The notes under the pieces: model-generated | What the model was told of the DNA's origin: nothing | Database searches by the model: none | The model's input: the letters and a program-made list of their open reading frames with translations, nothing else | Translations under genes and position numbers: made by a program | In this document: positions 18,948-26,813 of the stretch, one piece after another | Position numbering within the stretch: the stretch's first letter is position 1 | Layout of the letters: every line of letters begins with the position of its first letter | DNA from: Terracidiphilus sp. | Lineage (GTDB): Bacteria > Acidobacteriota > Terriglobia > Terriglobales > Acidobacteriaceae | Assembly (NCBI GenBank): GCA_035534635.1 | Contig: DATLRP010000040.1 | Span: forward strand, 27,332-91,331 | DNA length: 64,000 nucleotides | Direction of reading: 5' to 3'

Positions 18948-20381
18948 TCAGGGCTTCGGCACGTGCGCCGCGCCCGCCGGCTCGGTCGCCGGCGAAATCG
19001 AAGGTCGGCCCACGCTCAGATAGGTAAAGCCGTGCTCCGTCATCCGCGCCGGGTCATACAGGTTCCGCCCGTCAATCACGATCGGATAGCGCAGTGTGTA
19101 GTGCAGCCGCGCCAGGTCCAGTTCCGCGAATTCCCTCCAGTCATTCAGAATCAGCACCGCATCCGCATCTTCCGCCGCCGCATACGGGTCGCTCACATAC
19201 ACCATCTGCTCTCCGGCCGGAATCACTTCCTTCGCCCGCAGCTCTGCCGCTGGGTCGAACGCCCTCACAATGCATCCTTCCTTCAGCAGCCGCTTCACAA
19301 TGTCCAGCGCCGGCGACTCGCGGATATCGTCCGTGCCTCCCTTGAAGGCCAGCCCCAACACGCCCACCTTCTTGCCCCGGAAGGTCCACAGCGCGGAGCG
19401 AACCTTCTGGAAGAACCGCTGCTTTTGCTCCTCATTCACGCGCTCCACCTCGCGCAACAGCCCGAACTCCACGCCCACCTGCTCAGCCACGTGCCGGAAC
19501 GCCGCCACGTCCTTCGGAAAGCACGACCCGCCATATCCAATGCCCGCGCGCAGAAACTTTGCCCCGATGCGGCTGTCCATCCCGATACCGCGCGCCACCT
19601 CTTCCACGTCCGCGCCCGCCGCGTCGCAAATGTTCGCCACCACGTTGATGAACGAAATCTTCGTTGCCAGAAACGCATTCGACGCATGCTTGATGATCTC
19701 CGCGGCTTTCGTCGACGTGCGCAGAATCGGCGGCGGATCGCTCGCGCCGCGCGGCCCCGGCACCGCATCCTGTTTGTCGTAGTAGGAGCCGTCGGTCAGC
19801 GGCCGATAAATCTGCTCCAGCAGGGCGGACGCCTGTGCCGTCGCCGCCCCGATCACAATCCGGTCCGCGTGCAGAAAATCCACCACCGCCGTGCCCTCGC
19901 GCAGAAACTCAGGATTCGACGTCACGTCGAACAGCTCCTTCGGCACGCCGTTGCGCTCGATCACCCGGCTGATCCACTCGTTCGTATACACGGGAACCGT
20001 GCTCTTCTCCACAATCACCTTGTAGGAGTCGATCGCGCGCGCTATCTCGCTGGCCACCGCGTCCACATACGACAGGTCCGCGCTTCCTGTCGCGCTCTGC
20101 GGCGTCCCCACCGCAATAAAAATCGCGTCAGCGCTCGCCGCCGCCGCGCGCAGGTCCGTCGTAAACTCCAGGCTCTGCCCGCGATGCCGGCTCAGCAGCT
20201 CCGGCAGATACTCCTCGTGAATCGGAACTCCGCCCTCGCGCAGCATGCGCACCTTGGCCTCGTCGTTGTCCACGCAGATCACGCGATGGCCAATCTCCGC
20301 AAAGCACGCCGCCGCCACCAGGCCCACGTATCCCGACCCGACCACGGCTATCGACGAAGGTTTCATCGTCGCCTTCCTCAT
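18948..20381 (-). CDS. ugd: UDP-glucose 6-dehydrogenase
   Basis: IAVVGSGYVGLVAAACFAEIGHRV, GGSCFPKD (catalytic Cys), and FKGGTDDIRESPA. AAGGAGG lies upstream. Confidence 0.9.
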   Translation of the reverse strand: MRKATMKPSSIAVVGSGYVGLVAAACFAEIGHRVICVDNDEAKVRMLREGGVPIHEEYLPELLSRHRGQSLEFTTDLRAAAASADAIFIAVGTPQSATGSADLSYVDAVASEIARAIDSYKVIVEKSTVPVYTNEWISRVIERNGVPKELFDVTSNPEFLREGTAVVDFLHADRIVIGAATAQASALLEQIYRPLTDGSYYDKQDAVPGPRGASDPPPILRTSTKAAEIIKHASNAFLATKISFINVVANICDAAGADVEEVARGIGMDSRIGAKFLRAGIGYGGSCFPKDVAAFRHVAEQVGVEFGLLREVERVNEEQKQRFFQKVRSALWTFRGKKVGVLGLAFKGGTDDIRESPALDIVKRLLKEGCIVRAFDPAAELRAKEVIPAGEQMVYVSDPYAAAEDADAVLILNDWREFAELDLARLHYTLRYPIVIDGRNLYDPARMTEHGFTYLSVGRPSISPATEPAGAAHVPKP

Positions 20382-20458
20382 ATGCTCCCGCCCTCCTTAT
20401 AACAAATGAGAGGAACCCTTCTACACGGCGCGGCTGCGCCACCAAAAATTCAGCTTAG

Positions 20459-21223
20459 TTACGACTCTACAGGCAACCGGCTCCGGTATCGCCACAGCAG
20501 CGGCAAAAGCCGCGGCGCCGACAGGTACCGCGGTATATACCGTTTCGGGGACGACAGGCAGCGAAGGAGCCATCCCAGATACAGCCGATCCGCCCATTCC
20601 GGAATATGCACCTGGTCGCCGCTCAAAAACGCAATCGCCGCCCCGATGCAATGCAGCGCCGGCCGGTAGCTCAGCCTGTGCTTCAGATACGACCCCAGCC
20701 GCTCCTGCGTCCCGCCGCCCACCGTAATCACCACCTGCTGCGGCCGCAGCCGTTCCAGCCGCTCCACCAGCACCTCATCCGCGATCGGATCGCCATACAT
20801 CGGCGCAAGGTACACGCACTCGTCCGGCACCGCGATTCCCTGGGAACTGAGCCATGCAAGGTTCTTCTCCGCGCTCGCCCTGCCCGCCATCACCCAGAAC
20901 GTGTTGCCCGGCCGCCGCGCATTCTCCCGCTCCAACAGCGCCCGCAGATACCTGAGGCCCGAAACCCGCGGCAGCCGGTCCCCTTCAATCAGGTTCCACA
21001 TCAGCACCATGAACGCCGAGTCCGCGATCGCAACGTCCGCGTCCAGCAGTGCCGCCCGGTACGACGGATGTGTTGCCAGGTCCTTCAGTGCCGGCGCCGC
21101 CGGCACCACCAGCAGACCGCCCCCGGCCATCCGCTCCAGCGCGCTCTCAACGCCGCCCGCATGGAAACGGATGCCCAGAATCTGCCGCGTGTCGCCCTGC
21201 CGCGTTTCGTCCGTCCGTCGCAT
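20459..21223 (-). CDS. WecB/TagA/CpsF-family glycosyltransferase (GT26)
   Basis: LDADVAIADSAFMVLMW..VVITVGGGTQERL..IGAAIAFLSGDQVHIPEW is typical GT26. Confidence 0.85.
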   Translation of the reverse strand: MRRTDETRQGDTRQILGIRFHAGGVESALERMAGGGLLVVPAAPALKDLATHPSYRAALLDADVAIADSAFMVLMWNLIEGDRLPRVSGLRYLRALLERENARRPGNTFWVMAGRASAEKNLAWLSSQGIAVPDECVYLAPMYGDPIADEVLVERLERLRPQQVVITVGGGTQERLGSYLKHRLSYRPALHCIGAAIAFLSGDQVHIPEWADRLYLGWLLRCLSSPKRYIPRYLSAPRLLPLLWRYRSRLPVES

Positions 21224-21229
21224 CGCCGC

Positions 21230-22213
21230 CTACCGCTTGCCCCCGGTCAACATCTGCTCCTCGACCCACGCATACGTCTTGCGCATCCCCTCGCTCAGAG
21301 GGATCGACGGCTCCCAGCCAAGGCACTTACGGATCTTTGTGTTGTCGCTGTTGCGCCCGTTCACTCCCTTCGGCGCCGTCAGATTATATGTCCGCTTCAG
21401 CTTCAGCCCGGCGATCTCCTCCACGATGTCCACCAGCTGGTTAATCGTCACCAGTTCGCTCGATCCTAAGTTGATTGGCTCGCGAATGTCGCTCTCCGTA
21501 ATCGCGCGCACACCTTTCAGGCAGTCGTCGATGTACATGAAGCTCCGCGTTTGGCGCCCGTCACCCCAGATCTCGATCTCCTGCTTGCCTGAGTGTTTCG
21601 CTTCCAGCACCTTCCGGCAGATCGCCGCCGGCGCCTTCTCGCGTCCGCCGGTCCACGTCCCGTCCGGCCCATAAACATTATGGAACCGCGCCACGCGGCA
21701 CAGGAGACCGAAATCCTCTTCAAAGTGCCGGCACATCCGCTCGCTGAACAGCTTTTCCCACCCATACCCGTCCTCGGGAAGCGCCGGGTACGCATCCTCT
21801 TCCTTCAGCGGCGTCACGTGCTCGTTCCGCTGCTTGTCGCCGTTGTAGACGCATGCCGACGACGAGTAGAAGAACCGCTTCACCCCCGCGTCCTTCGCGG
21901 CCATCAGCATGTGCGTGTTGATCAGCACGCTGAGCATGCACAGCGCCTTGTTGTTCTCGATGAACCCCATGCCACCCATGTCCGCGGCCAGCTGCAACAC
22001 CACCGTCGCGCCCTTCGCTGCCCGCACGCAGCTTGCTTTCTCTTGCAGGTCCGCCACCACGTTCTCCACGCCCGGCGCCACCTGATACCAGTCCTCCACC
22101 GGCTTGATATCCACTGCTCGCACCACGTCCACGCCGTCGGCCAGCAGATTCTTCACCAGGTGCCCGCCAATAAACCCGCCGGCCCCGCAAACCACCACCT
22201 TCTCACCCTTCAT
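21230..22213 (-). CDS. GDP-mannose 3,5-epimerase homologue
   Basis: Colinear with plant/algal GME as I recall it. Shared motifs are LAADMGGMGFI, KRFFYSSSACVY, ARFHNVYGPDGTWTGGREKAPAAICRK, WGDGRQTRSF, and GVNGRNSDN. ATG 22213 has AGGAGA 5 nt upstream. The ORF track starts at 22243. Confidence 0.8.
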   Translation of the reverse strand: MKGEKVVVCGAGGFIGGHLVKNLLADGVDVVRAVDIKPVEDWYQVAPGVENVVADLQEKASCVRAAKGATVVLQLAADMGGMGFIENNKALCMLSVLINTHMLMAAKDAGVKRFFYSSSACVYNGDKQRNEHVTPLKEEDAYPALPEDGYGWEKLFSERMCRHFEEDFGLLCRVARFHNVYGPDGTWTGGREKAPAAICRKVLEAKHSGKQEIEIWGDGRQTRSFMYIDDCLKGVRAITESDIREPINLGSSELVTINQLVDIVEEIAGLKLKRTYNLTAPKGVNGRNSDNTKIRKCLGWEPSIPLSEGMRKTYAWVEEQMLTGGKR

Positions 22214-22249
22214 GTTCATCTCCTGCAGTCCTTTCCGCTGCATCGAAAC

Positions 22250-22900
22250 TCAAGCATAGGCGGTGACCCCACCAGGCATCGGCTCCGCCAGGCAAAACTC
22301 CGCGTAGGTCTCAAATAACGACGTCATATCCGCAGTCTCCCCCGTGAACACTCTTTTCAGCGGCCCTCGGCTCAGCACAATCGCCGTCAGCGTCAGCACC
22401 AGCGTCTTTGCGTTGGCACAGCGAATCTCCCCGCGCTCGATCCACGGTTGAAGGTAACGCGCAATCACCTCAAGCAACTCGCCCAGGTGCCGCCGCAGCA
22501 GCGGATCCAGGTCCTCGCTGATTTCCAGAACGCTGAAGCTCAGCAGCCTTACAAGCTGCGGCTGCCGCAGCGCCGTTGCCAGCAGTTCAAAGGTACAGGT
22601 CAGCGCCTGCCTTCCGCTCTCGGCCCCCGCCAGCCGCGTCAGCAGGTCGCCCTGCAGATGCACCCGTTGCAGCTCCGTGCTCAGCACCGCCAGATACAAA
22701 TCGCGCTTGCGCGGAAAATGCCGGTAGATCGTCACCTCGTTCACCTCCGCTGCCGCGGCAATCTCGCGTGTGCTCACGCCGTTGTAGCCGAATTGCGCAA
22801 ACAGGCTCGCCGCCATCGTCAGAATACGCACTTCCGTGCCGCCTCGCGCAGAGCCGTTGGTTGTCGCGCCGTTGGTTGTGGAACCGTTTGTACCGTTCAT
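22250..22900 (-). CDS. TetR-family transcriptional regulator
   Basis: HTH motif FGYNGVSTREIAAAAEVNEVTIYRHFPRKRDLY. N-terminal TNG pentapeptide repeats. Start taken at ATG 22900. Confidence 0.85.
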   Translation of the reverse strand: MNGTNGSTTNGATTNGSARGGTEVRILTMAASLFAQFGYNGVSTREIAAAAEVNEVTIYRHFPRKRDLYLAVLSTELQRVHLQGDLLTRLAGAESGRQALTCTFELLATALRQPQLVRLLSFSVLEISEDLDPLLRRHLGELLEVIARYLQPWIERGEIRCANAKTLVLTLTAIVLSRGPLKRVFTGETADMTSLFETYAEFCLAEPMPGGVTAYA

Positions 22901-23043
22901 GGGAATACCCCGCGGCCGGCGCCGGCAATTCGGCCGGGCCTCTCTTTGGAATTGCAATTTGCTTGGGGATTTGTCTTTTCGGTTTTCTGAAATGAACCTG
23001 CGCGGAAGCCTTCGTCACCGCGCTCTTCACGCCGTCTGCCGCA

Positions 23044-23610
23044 TTACGCGGCTTCCACGTCCGCCTCGGCCACTTCCACGGCCACGCTTTGTAGAATCTC
23101 TTCCAGGGTCAGCACCACGCGCAGGCCTGATTTCCTGCGCGTCACCACGCCTGCCATCCCGGCAAACGCGCCCGACCGGATGCGCACCCGCTGGCCCACC
23201 GTCAGCAGCGGATGCGGCTCCACCAGATGCTGCGCCAGCCCCATCCGCAGCGAATCAATCGCCGCATCGGGCACCGCGGCCGGCTCGCCGCCCGTTCCGC
23301 CCACAACCGCCAGTGCGCCCGGCACGCTCAGCACCCGCGCACGGTCCCTTCGCTCAATCCGCACGAACACATAGCCCGGGAACAGCGGCAGATCCAGCGT
23401 CACCCGCGACCCATCACGCCACTTGTGCTGTGTCCGGTAGAGCGGCAGAAAATGCTCAATCTCCCGCTCGGTCAGGTGCTGCGCCACGCGCTTCTCATGC
23501 CGGCTGCAGGTGTACACCGCGAACCAGGGAATCGACACGGCCACGCCGCTCGGCGTCGCGCGCCGCTCAGGTCTTCCCACCGCAAGAGGCCCCAGTCTCG
23601 TTTCCGGCAA
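23044..23610 (-). CDS. NusG-family transcription antiterminator paralogue (RfaH/UpxY-like)
   Basis: NGN domain (WFAVYTCSRHEKRVAQHL..PLFPGYVFV) plus KOW (GQRVRIRSGAFAGMAGVV). First gene of the EPS operon. Confidence 0.8.
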   Translation of the reverse strand: MPETRLGPLAVGRPERRATPSGVAVSIPWFAVYTCSRHEKRVAQHLTEREIEHFLPLYRTQHKWRDGSRVTLDLPLFPGYVFVRIERRDRARVLSVPGALAVVGGTGGEPAAVPDAAIDSLRMGLAQHLVEPHPLLTVGQRVRIRSGAFAGMAGVVTRRKSGLRVVLTLEEILQSVAVEVAEADVEAA

Positions 23611-23766
23611 GGCTTCGCCACCCTCACTTGGATGAAGTGCTTTTCCTCAGCGCGTGCGTTGCGCTCGCGCCACCTTGTTTCAGGACCCGTTGGCCACCGG
23701 ATGAAAGCAAGCGCTTCCATCCATCAGCCCCCGGACCCGTACCGCTTGCAGGATCCCGGTTCCCTC

Positions 23767-23772
23767 ACTATA
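23767..23772 (-). promoter_or_regulatory. extended -10 TGGTATAGT, candidate EPS-operon promoter
   Basis: Minus-sense CTAACTGGTATAGTGAGG, ~155 nt upstream of the NusG-paralogue ATG. Implies a long 5' leader. Confidence 0.3.
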
Positions 23773-23945
23773 CCAGTTAGGACCGAAGATTCCCTGCAAA
23801 ACCGTCTTGGAGCCAAAGCATCCAACGAGCAATTTTTTCAGGCAACCTGCAAGCACTTGCCATCATCTCAAATGCTCGCTTTTCGCGCAGCTCCCAGACG
23901 CAGCCCTGATTCTGCCCCGTGGTACCCTCCAGAAAAGAGGCCTGC

Positions 23946-25130
23946 ATGGATTCCCTTTCGCCCGCCCGCGTATACATGGACGCCAACGCCACCACCCCAT
24001 TGCTTCCCGAAGTGGTTGAAGCCATGCACCCTTTCTGGATGGAGCACTTCGGCAACGCCTCTTCCATCCACCTTGACGGCCAGTCCGCCCGCAGCGCCCT
24101 CGACCGCGCCCGAGAGACCCTTGCCGAGTTCCTCCACTGCCACGAAGCCGAGGTTGTCTTTAACTCTGGCGGCACCGAGGGCGACAACACCGCCCTCTTC
24201 GGCCTCCTGCGCTCCGGCGACCACCTCATCACCACCTCCATTGAGCACTCCGCCGTCCTCCATGCCGCGCGCCGTCTCGCTGAACGCGGCATCCAGGTCA
24301 CCTTCGTTGACCCCGCGCCCAGCGGCCTCATCACGCCCGACTCCATCCGCGCCGCCCTCCGACCCTCGACGCGCCTCATCTCCGTCATGCTTGCCAACAA
24401 TGAGACCGGCATCCTCCAGCCCGTTGAAGCCATCGCCCAGCTCGCCGCCGAAGCCGGAGCCTTCTTCCACATCGATGCCGTCCAGGCCGCCGGCAAGGTG
24501 CCCCTCGACGTTCGTCAAATCGGCTGCCACCTGCTTTCCATCAGCGGCCACAAGATGCACGCTCCCAAGGGTGTCGGCGCCATGTATGTTCGTCGCGGCA
24601 CACCTGTCGATGCGCTCCTCGTCGGCGGAAGCCATGAGCGCCGCCGCCGCGCCGGCACTGAGAATGTCGCCGGCATCGTCGGCCTGGCCCGCGCCGCCGA
24701 GCTCGCCATGCACTCGCTTGCCGACGGCACCTGGACTCGCGTCGCCGCCCTTCGCGACCGCATCGATCGCGAGTTGCTCACCCTCCCCGGCACGGGCCTC
24801 AACGGCCAGTCCGATGGCGTCCCCGTTCCGCGCGTCGCCAACACCACCAATCTCTGGTTCGATCAGCTGGAAGGCGAGTCCCTCGTCATCGCCCTCGACC
24901 TGAAGGGCGCCGCCGTCAGCGGCGGTTCGGCCTGCCACTCCGGCGCAACCGAGCCCAGCCACGTCCTCATGGCCATGGGACTCAGCAAAACCCGCGCCCG
25001 CGCCAGCCTCCGCTTCAGCCTCCTCAAAACCGCCACTGAAGCCGACGTCGATCACGTCCTGCGCGTCGTCCCGGAGGCCGTCCGGCAGCTCCGCGCCCTC
25101 TCGCCCGTCGCCGCCGGAACCCTCAGATAG
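23946..25130 (+). CDS. cysteine desulfurase (NifS/IscS class)
   Basis: YMDANATTP, SGGTEGDN, and SISGHKMHAPKGVGA (PLP-Lys), with C-terminal SGGSACHSG (catalytic Cys). AAGAGG lies 6 nt upstream of ATG 23946. Confidence 0.9.
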   Translation: MDSLSPARVYMDANATTPLLPEVVEAMHPFWMEHFGNASSIHLDGQSARSALDRARETLAEFLHCHEAEVVFNSGGTEGDNTALFGLLRSGDHLITTSIEHSAVLHAARRLAERGIQVTFVDPAPSGLITPDSIRAALRPSTRLISVMLANNETGILQPVEAIAQLAAEAGAFFHIDAVQAAGKVPLDVRQIGCHLLSISGHKMHAPKGVGAMYVRRGTPVDALLVGGSHERRRRAGTENVAGIVGLARAAELAMHSLADGTWTRVAALRDRIDRELLTLPGTGLNGQSDGVPVPRVANTTNLWFDQLEGESLVIALDLKGAAVSGGSACHSGATEPSHVLMAMGLSKTRARASLRFSLLKTATEADVDHVLRVVPEAVRQLRALSPVAAGTLR

Positions 25131-25153
25131 TTCCATCCCGCCCGGCAAAATCC

Positions 25154-25185
25154 TCATCGGCCCTACAATTCATCGGCCCTACAAT
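25154..25185 (+). repeat. perfect tandem duplication 2 x 16 bp (TCATCGGCCCTACAAT), each with a TACAAT -10-like box
   Basis: Read directly from the sequence. Lies between the cysteine desulfurase stop and the mnmA SD. Confidence 0.9.
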
Positions 25186-25208
25186 AGAGATAGGAGAGCT
25201 GCATTCCC

Positions 25209-26375
25209 ATGTCCCAGCCCGACACCATCGCCGTCGCCATGTCCGGAGGAGTCGATTCCTCCACGGCCGCGGCGATGCTCGCCGATTCCGGCCAGCGCGT
25301 CGTCGGCCTCACCCTCCAACTCTGGGACCAGACCCGCCTCGCCGGCAAGCACGGCATTCCTGACGCGCCCAAGGCCGGCCGCTGCTGCTCCTTGGACGAT
25401 GTGTATGACGCACGCCGCGTCGCCCGCGACCTTGGCATCCCCTACTACGTCGTCAACCAGGAAGACCGCTTCGAGCAGGATGTCGTCCGCCCCTTCGTCA
25501 GCGAGTATCTCGCCGGCCGCACGCCCATCCCCTGCTCGCTCTGCAACAACCACCTCAAGTTCGACCAGCTCCTCCAGACCGCCCGCTCCATCGGCGCCAG
25601 CCGCATCGCCACCGGCCACTACGCCATCAACGAGTTCGACCCCCAGCGCGGCCGCTGGATACTCAAGCGCCCCGCCGATCTCGCCAAGGACCAGACCTAC
25701 TTCCTCTTCGGCCTCACCCAGGAGCAGCTCGCCCACACCCTCTTCCCCCTCGGCAGCCTCACCAAGCCCCAGGTCCGCGCCGTCGCCCGCCAGCGCGGCC
25801 TCGCCCTGGCGGAAAAGCCCGATTCGCAGGAGATCTGCTTCATCCCCGGCGGCGATTACAAGCAGTTCCTCACCGCCTATCTCGAGGAGCAGGGCCGCGC
25901 GATGCCCGCAACCGACGGCGAGCTCGTCGCCTCCGACGGCAGCTTCATCGGCCGCCACGACGGCATCCACAACTTCACCGTAGGCCAGCGCAAGGGCCTC
26001 GGCGTCGCCTCGCCTTCGCCGCTTTACGTCCTTCAGATCGACCCCGCCAGCCACCGCGTCACCGTCGGCGCAGATGCCGAACTGGCCACACGCGAGCTGC
26101 GCGCCAACCGCGTCAACTGGATCAGCATTCCCGCGCTCACCGGCCCCATGCGCGTCCAGATCAAGATTCGCCACCGCCACCAGCCCGCCTGGGCCACCCT
26201 CGAGCCCGAGTCCGAACCCGACCACGCTCCCGCCTCAGGCGCGGAAGCAAACCACGGCGACGCCGATGCATCTGTGCTCGCAATTTTTGACGAGCCCCAG
26301 CGCGCCGTCACCCCCGGCCAGTCCGCCGTCTTTTATCACGGCGACGAGGTCGTCGGCGGCGGCTGGATCGTCTAG
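25209..26375 (+). CDS. mnmA: tRNA 2-thiouridine(34) synthase
   Basis: VAMSGGVDSS PP-loop, CCSLDD, and CSLCNNHLKF. Full-length MnmA pattern. Confidence 0.95.
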   Translation: MSQPDTIAVAMSGGVDSSTAAAMLADSGQRVVGLTLQLWDQTRLAGKHGIPDAPKAGRCCSLDDVYDARRVARDLGIPYYVVNQEDRFEQDVVRPFVSEYLAGRTPIPCSLCNNHLKFDQLLQTARSIGASRIATGHYAINEFDPQRGRWILKRPADLAKDQTYFLFGLTQEQLAHTLFPLGSLTKPQVRAVARQRGLALAEKPDSQEICFIPGGDYKQFLTAYLEEQGRAMPATDGELVASDGSFIGRHDGIHNFTVGQRKGLGVASPSPLYVLQIDPASHRVTVGADAELATRELRANRVNWISIPALTGPMRVQIKIRHRHQPAWATLEPESEPDHAPASGAEANHGDADASVLAIFDEPQRAVTPGQSAVFYHGDEVVGGGWIV

Positions 26376-26443
26376 TAAAAAATCGGTAGTGGTTCAGTGT
26401 GAAAACCCTTGCGGCTCTCCTGAGATCCTGAGACCATGGCGGT

Positions 26444-26716
26444 ATGGATCAGCGGGAGCGCATAGAGCGGATCGTACGGGAGAAATACCCAAACTCTACG
26501 GTCGCCTTTGACGAAAAGGCGAGCGAGGGCGCACTACGCGAAGCGCTCCGGGCCGAACGAGTAGCTAAACACTTCGGGGCCGGACGTTCACCGACCGAAG
26601 TAATTTGCTTCAGGATCGAGGACTGCTCTGGGCGCGTGATTCCTAAGGTGGTCATTTACGGCCCCGACGATCTGTCCGACGAAAAGCTTCGCCGAGTCTT
26701 GCGGATGACGTGTTGA
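26444..26716 (+). CDS. hypothetical small protein (90 aa)
   Basis: ORF only. Composition is plausible, but GC3 is lower than the neighbours and the SD is weak. No recognisable motif. Confidence 0.35.
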   Translation: MDQRERIERIVREKYPNSTVAFDEKASEGALREALRAERVAKHFGAGRSPTEVICFRIEDCSGRVIPKVVIYGPDDLSDEKLRRVLRMTC

Positions 26717-26776
26717 TTTTCAACCTGACCCACTACCAAAAAATCGCGTCTCTCCCCACCTCAGCCCCCCGCGGGT

Positions 26777-26782
26777 TATACT
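26777..26782 (+). promoter_or_regulatory. -10-like TATACT upstream of the arabinofuranosidase gene
   Basis: GGGTTATACTGG lies 31 nt before ATG 26814, with GGAGA SD in between. Confidence 0.35.
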
Positions 26783-26813
26783 GGCGCGGCACTCGAATCA
26801 TGGAGATTTTTTG

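Noticed and set aside
18828-20402. 524-aa plus-strand ORF, the longest non-called ORF in this part of the window.
   Set aside because: It lies exactly antisense to ugd. The translation is dominated by Arg/His/Pro/Leu with no motifs, whereas the minus-strand frame gives a full-length UDP-glucose dehydrogenase. This is a typical high-GC shadow ORF.
20427-20440. GGCGC-GGCT-GCGCC hairpin between the GT26 gene and ugd, a possible internal terminator.
   Set aside because: In the operon (minus) orientation the T-run precedes rather than follows the stem, and the stem is only 5 bp. It is incompatible with termination.
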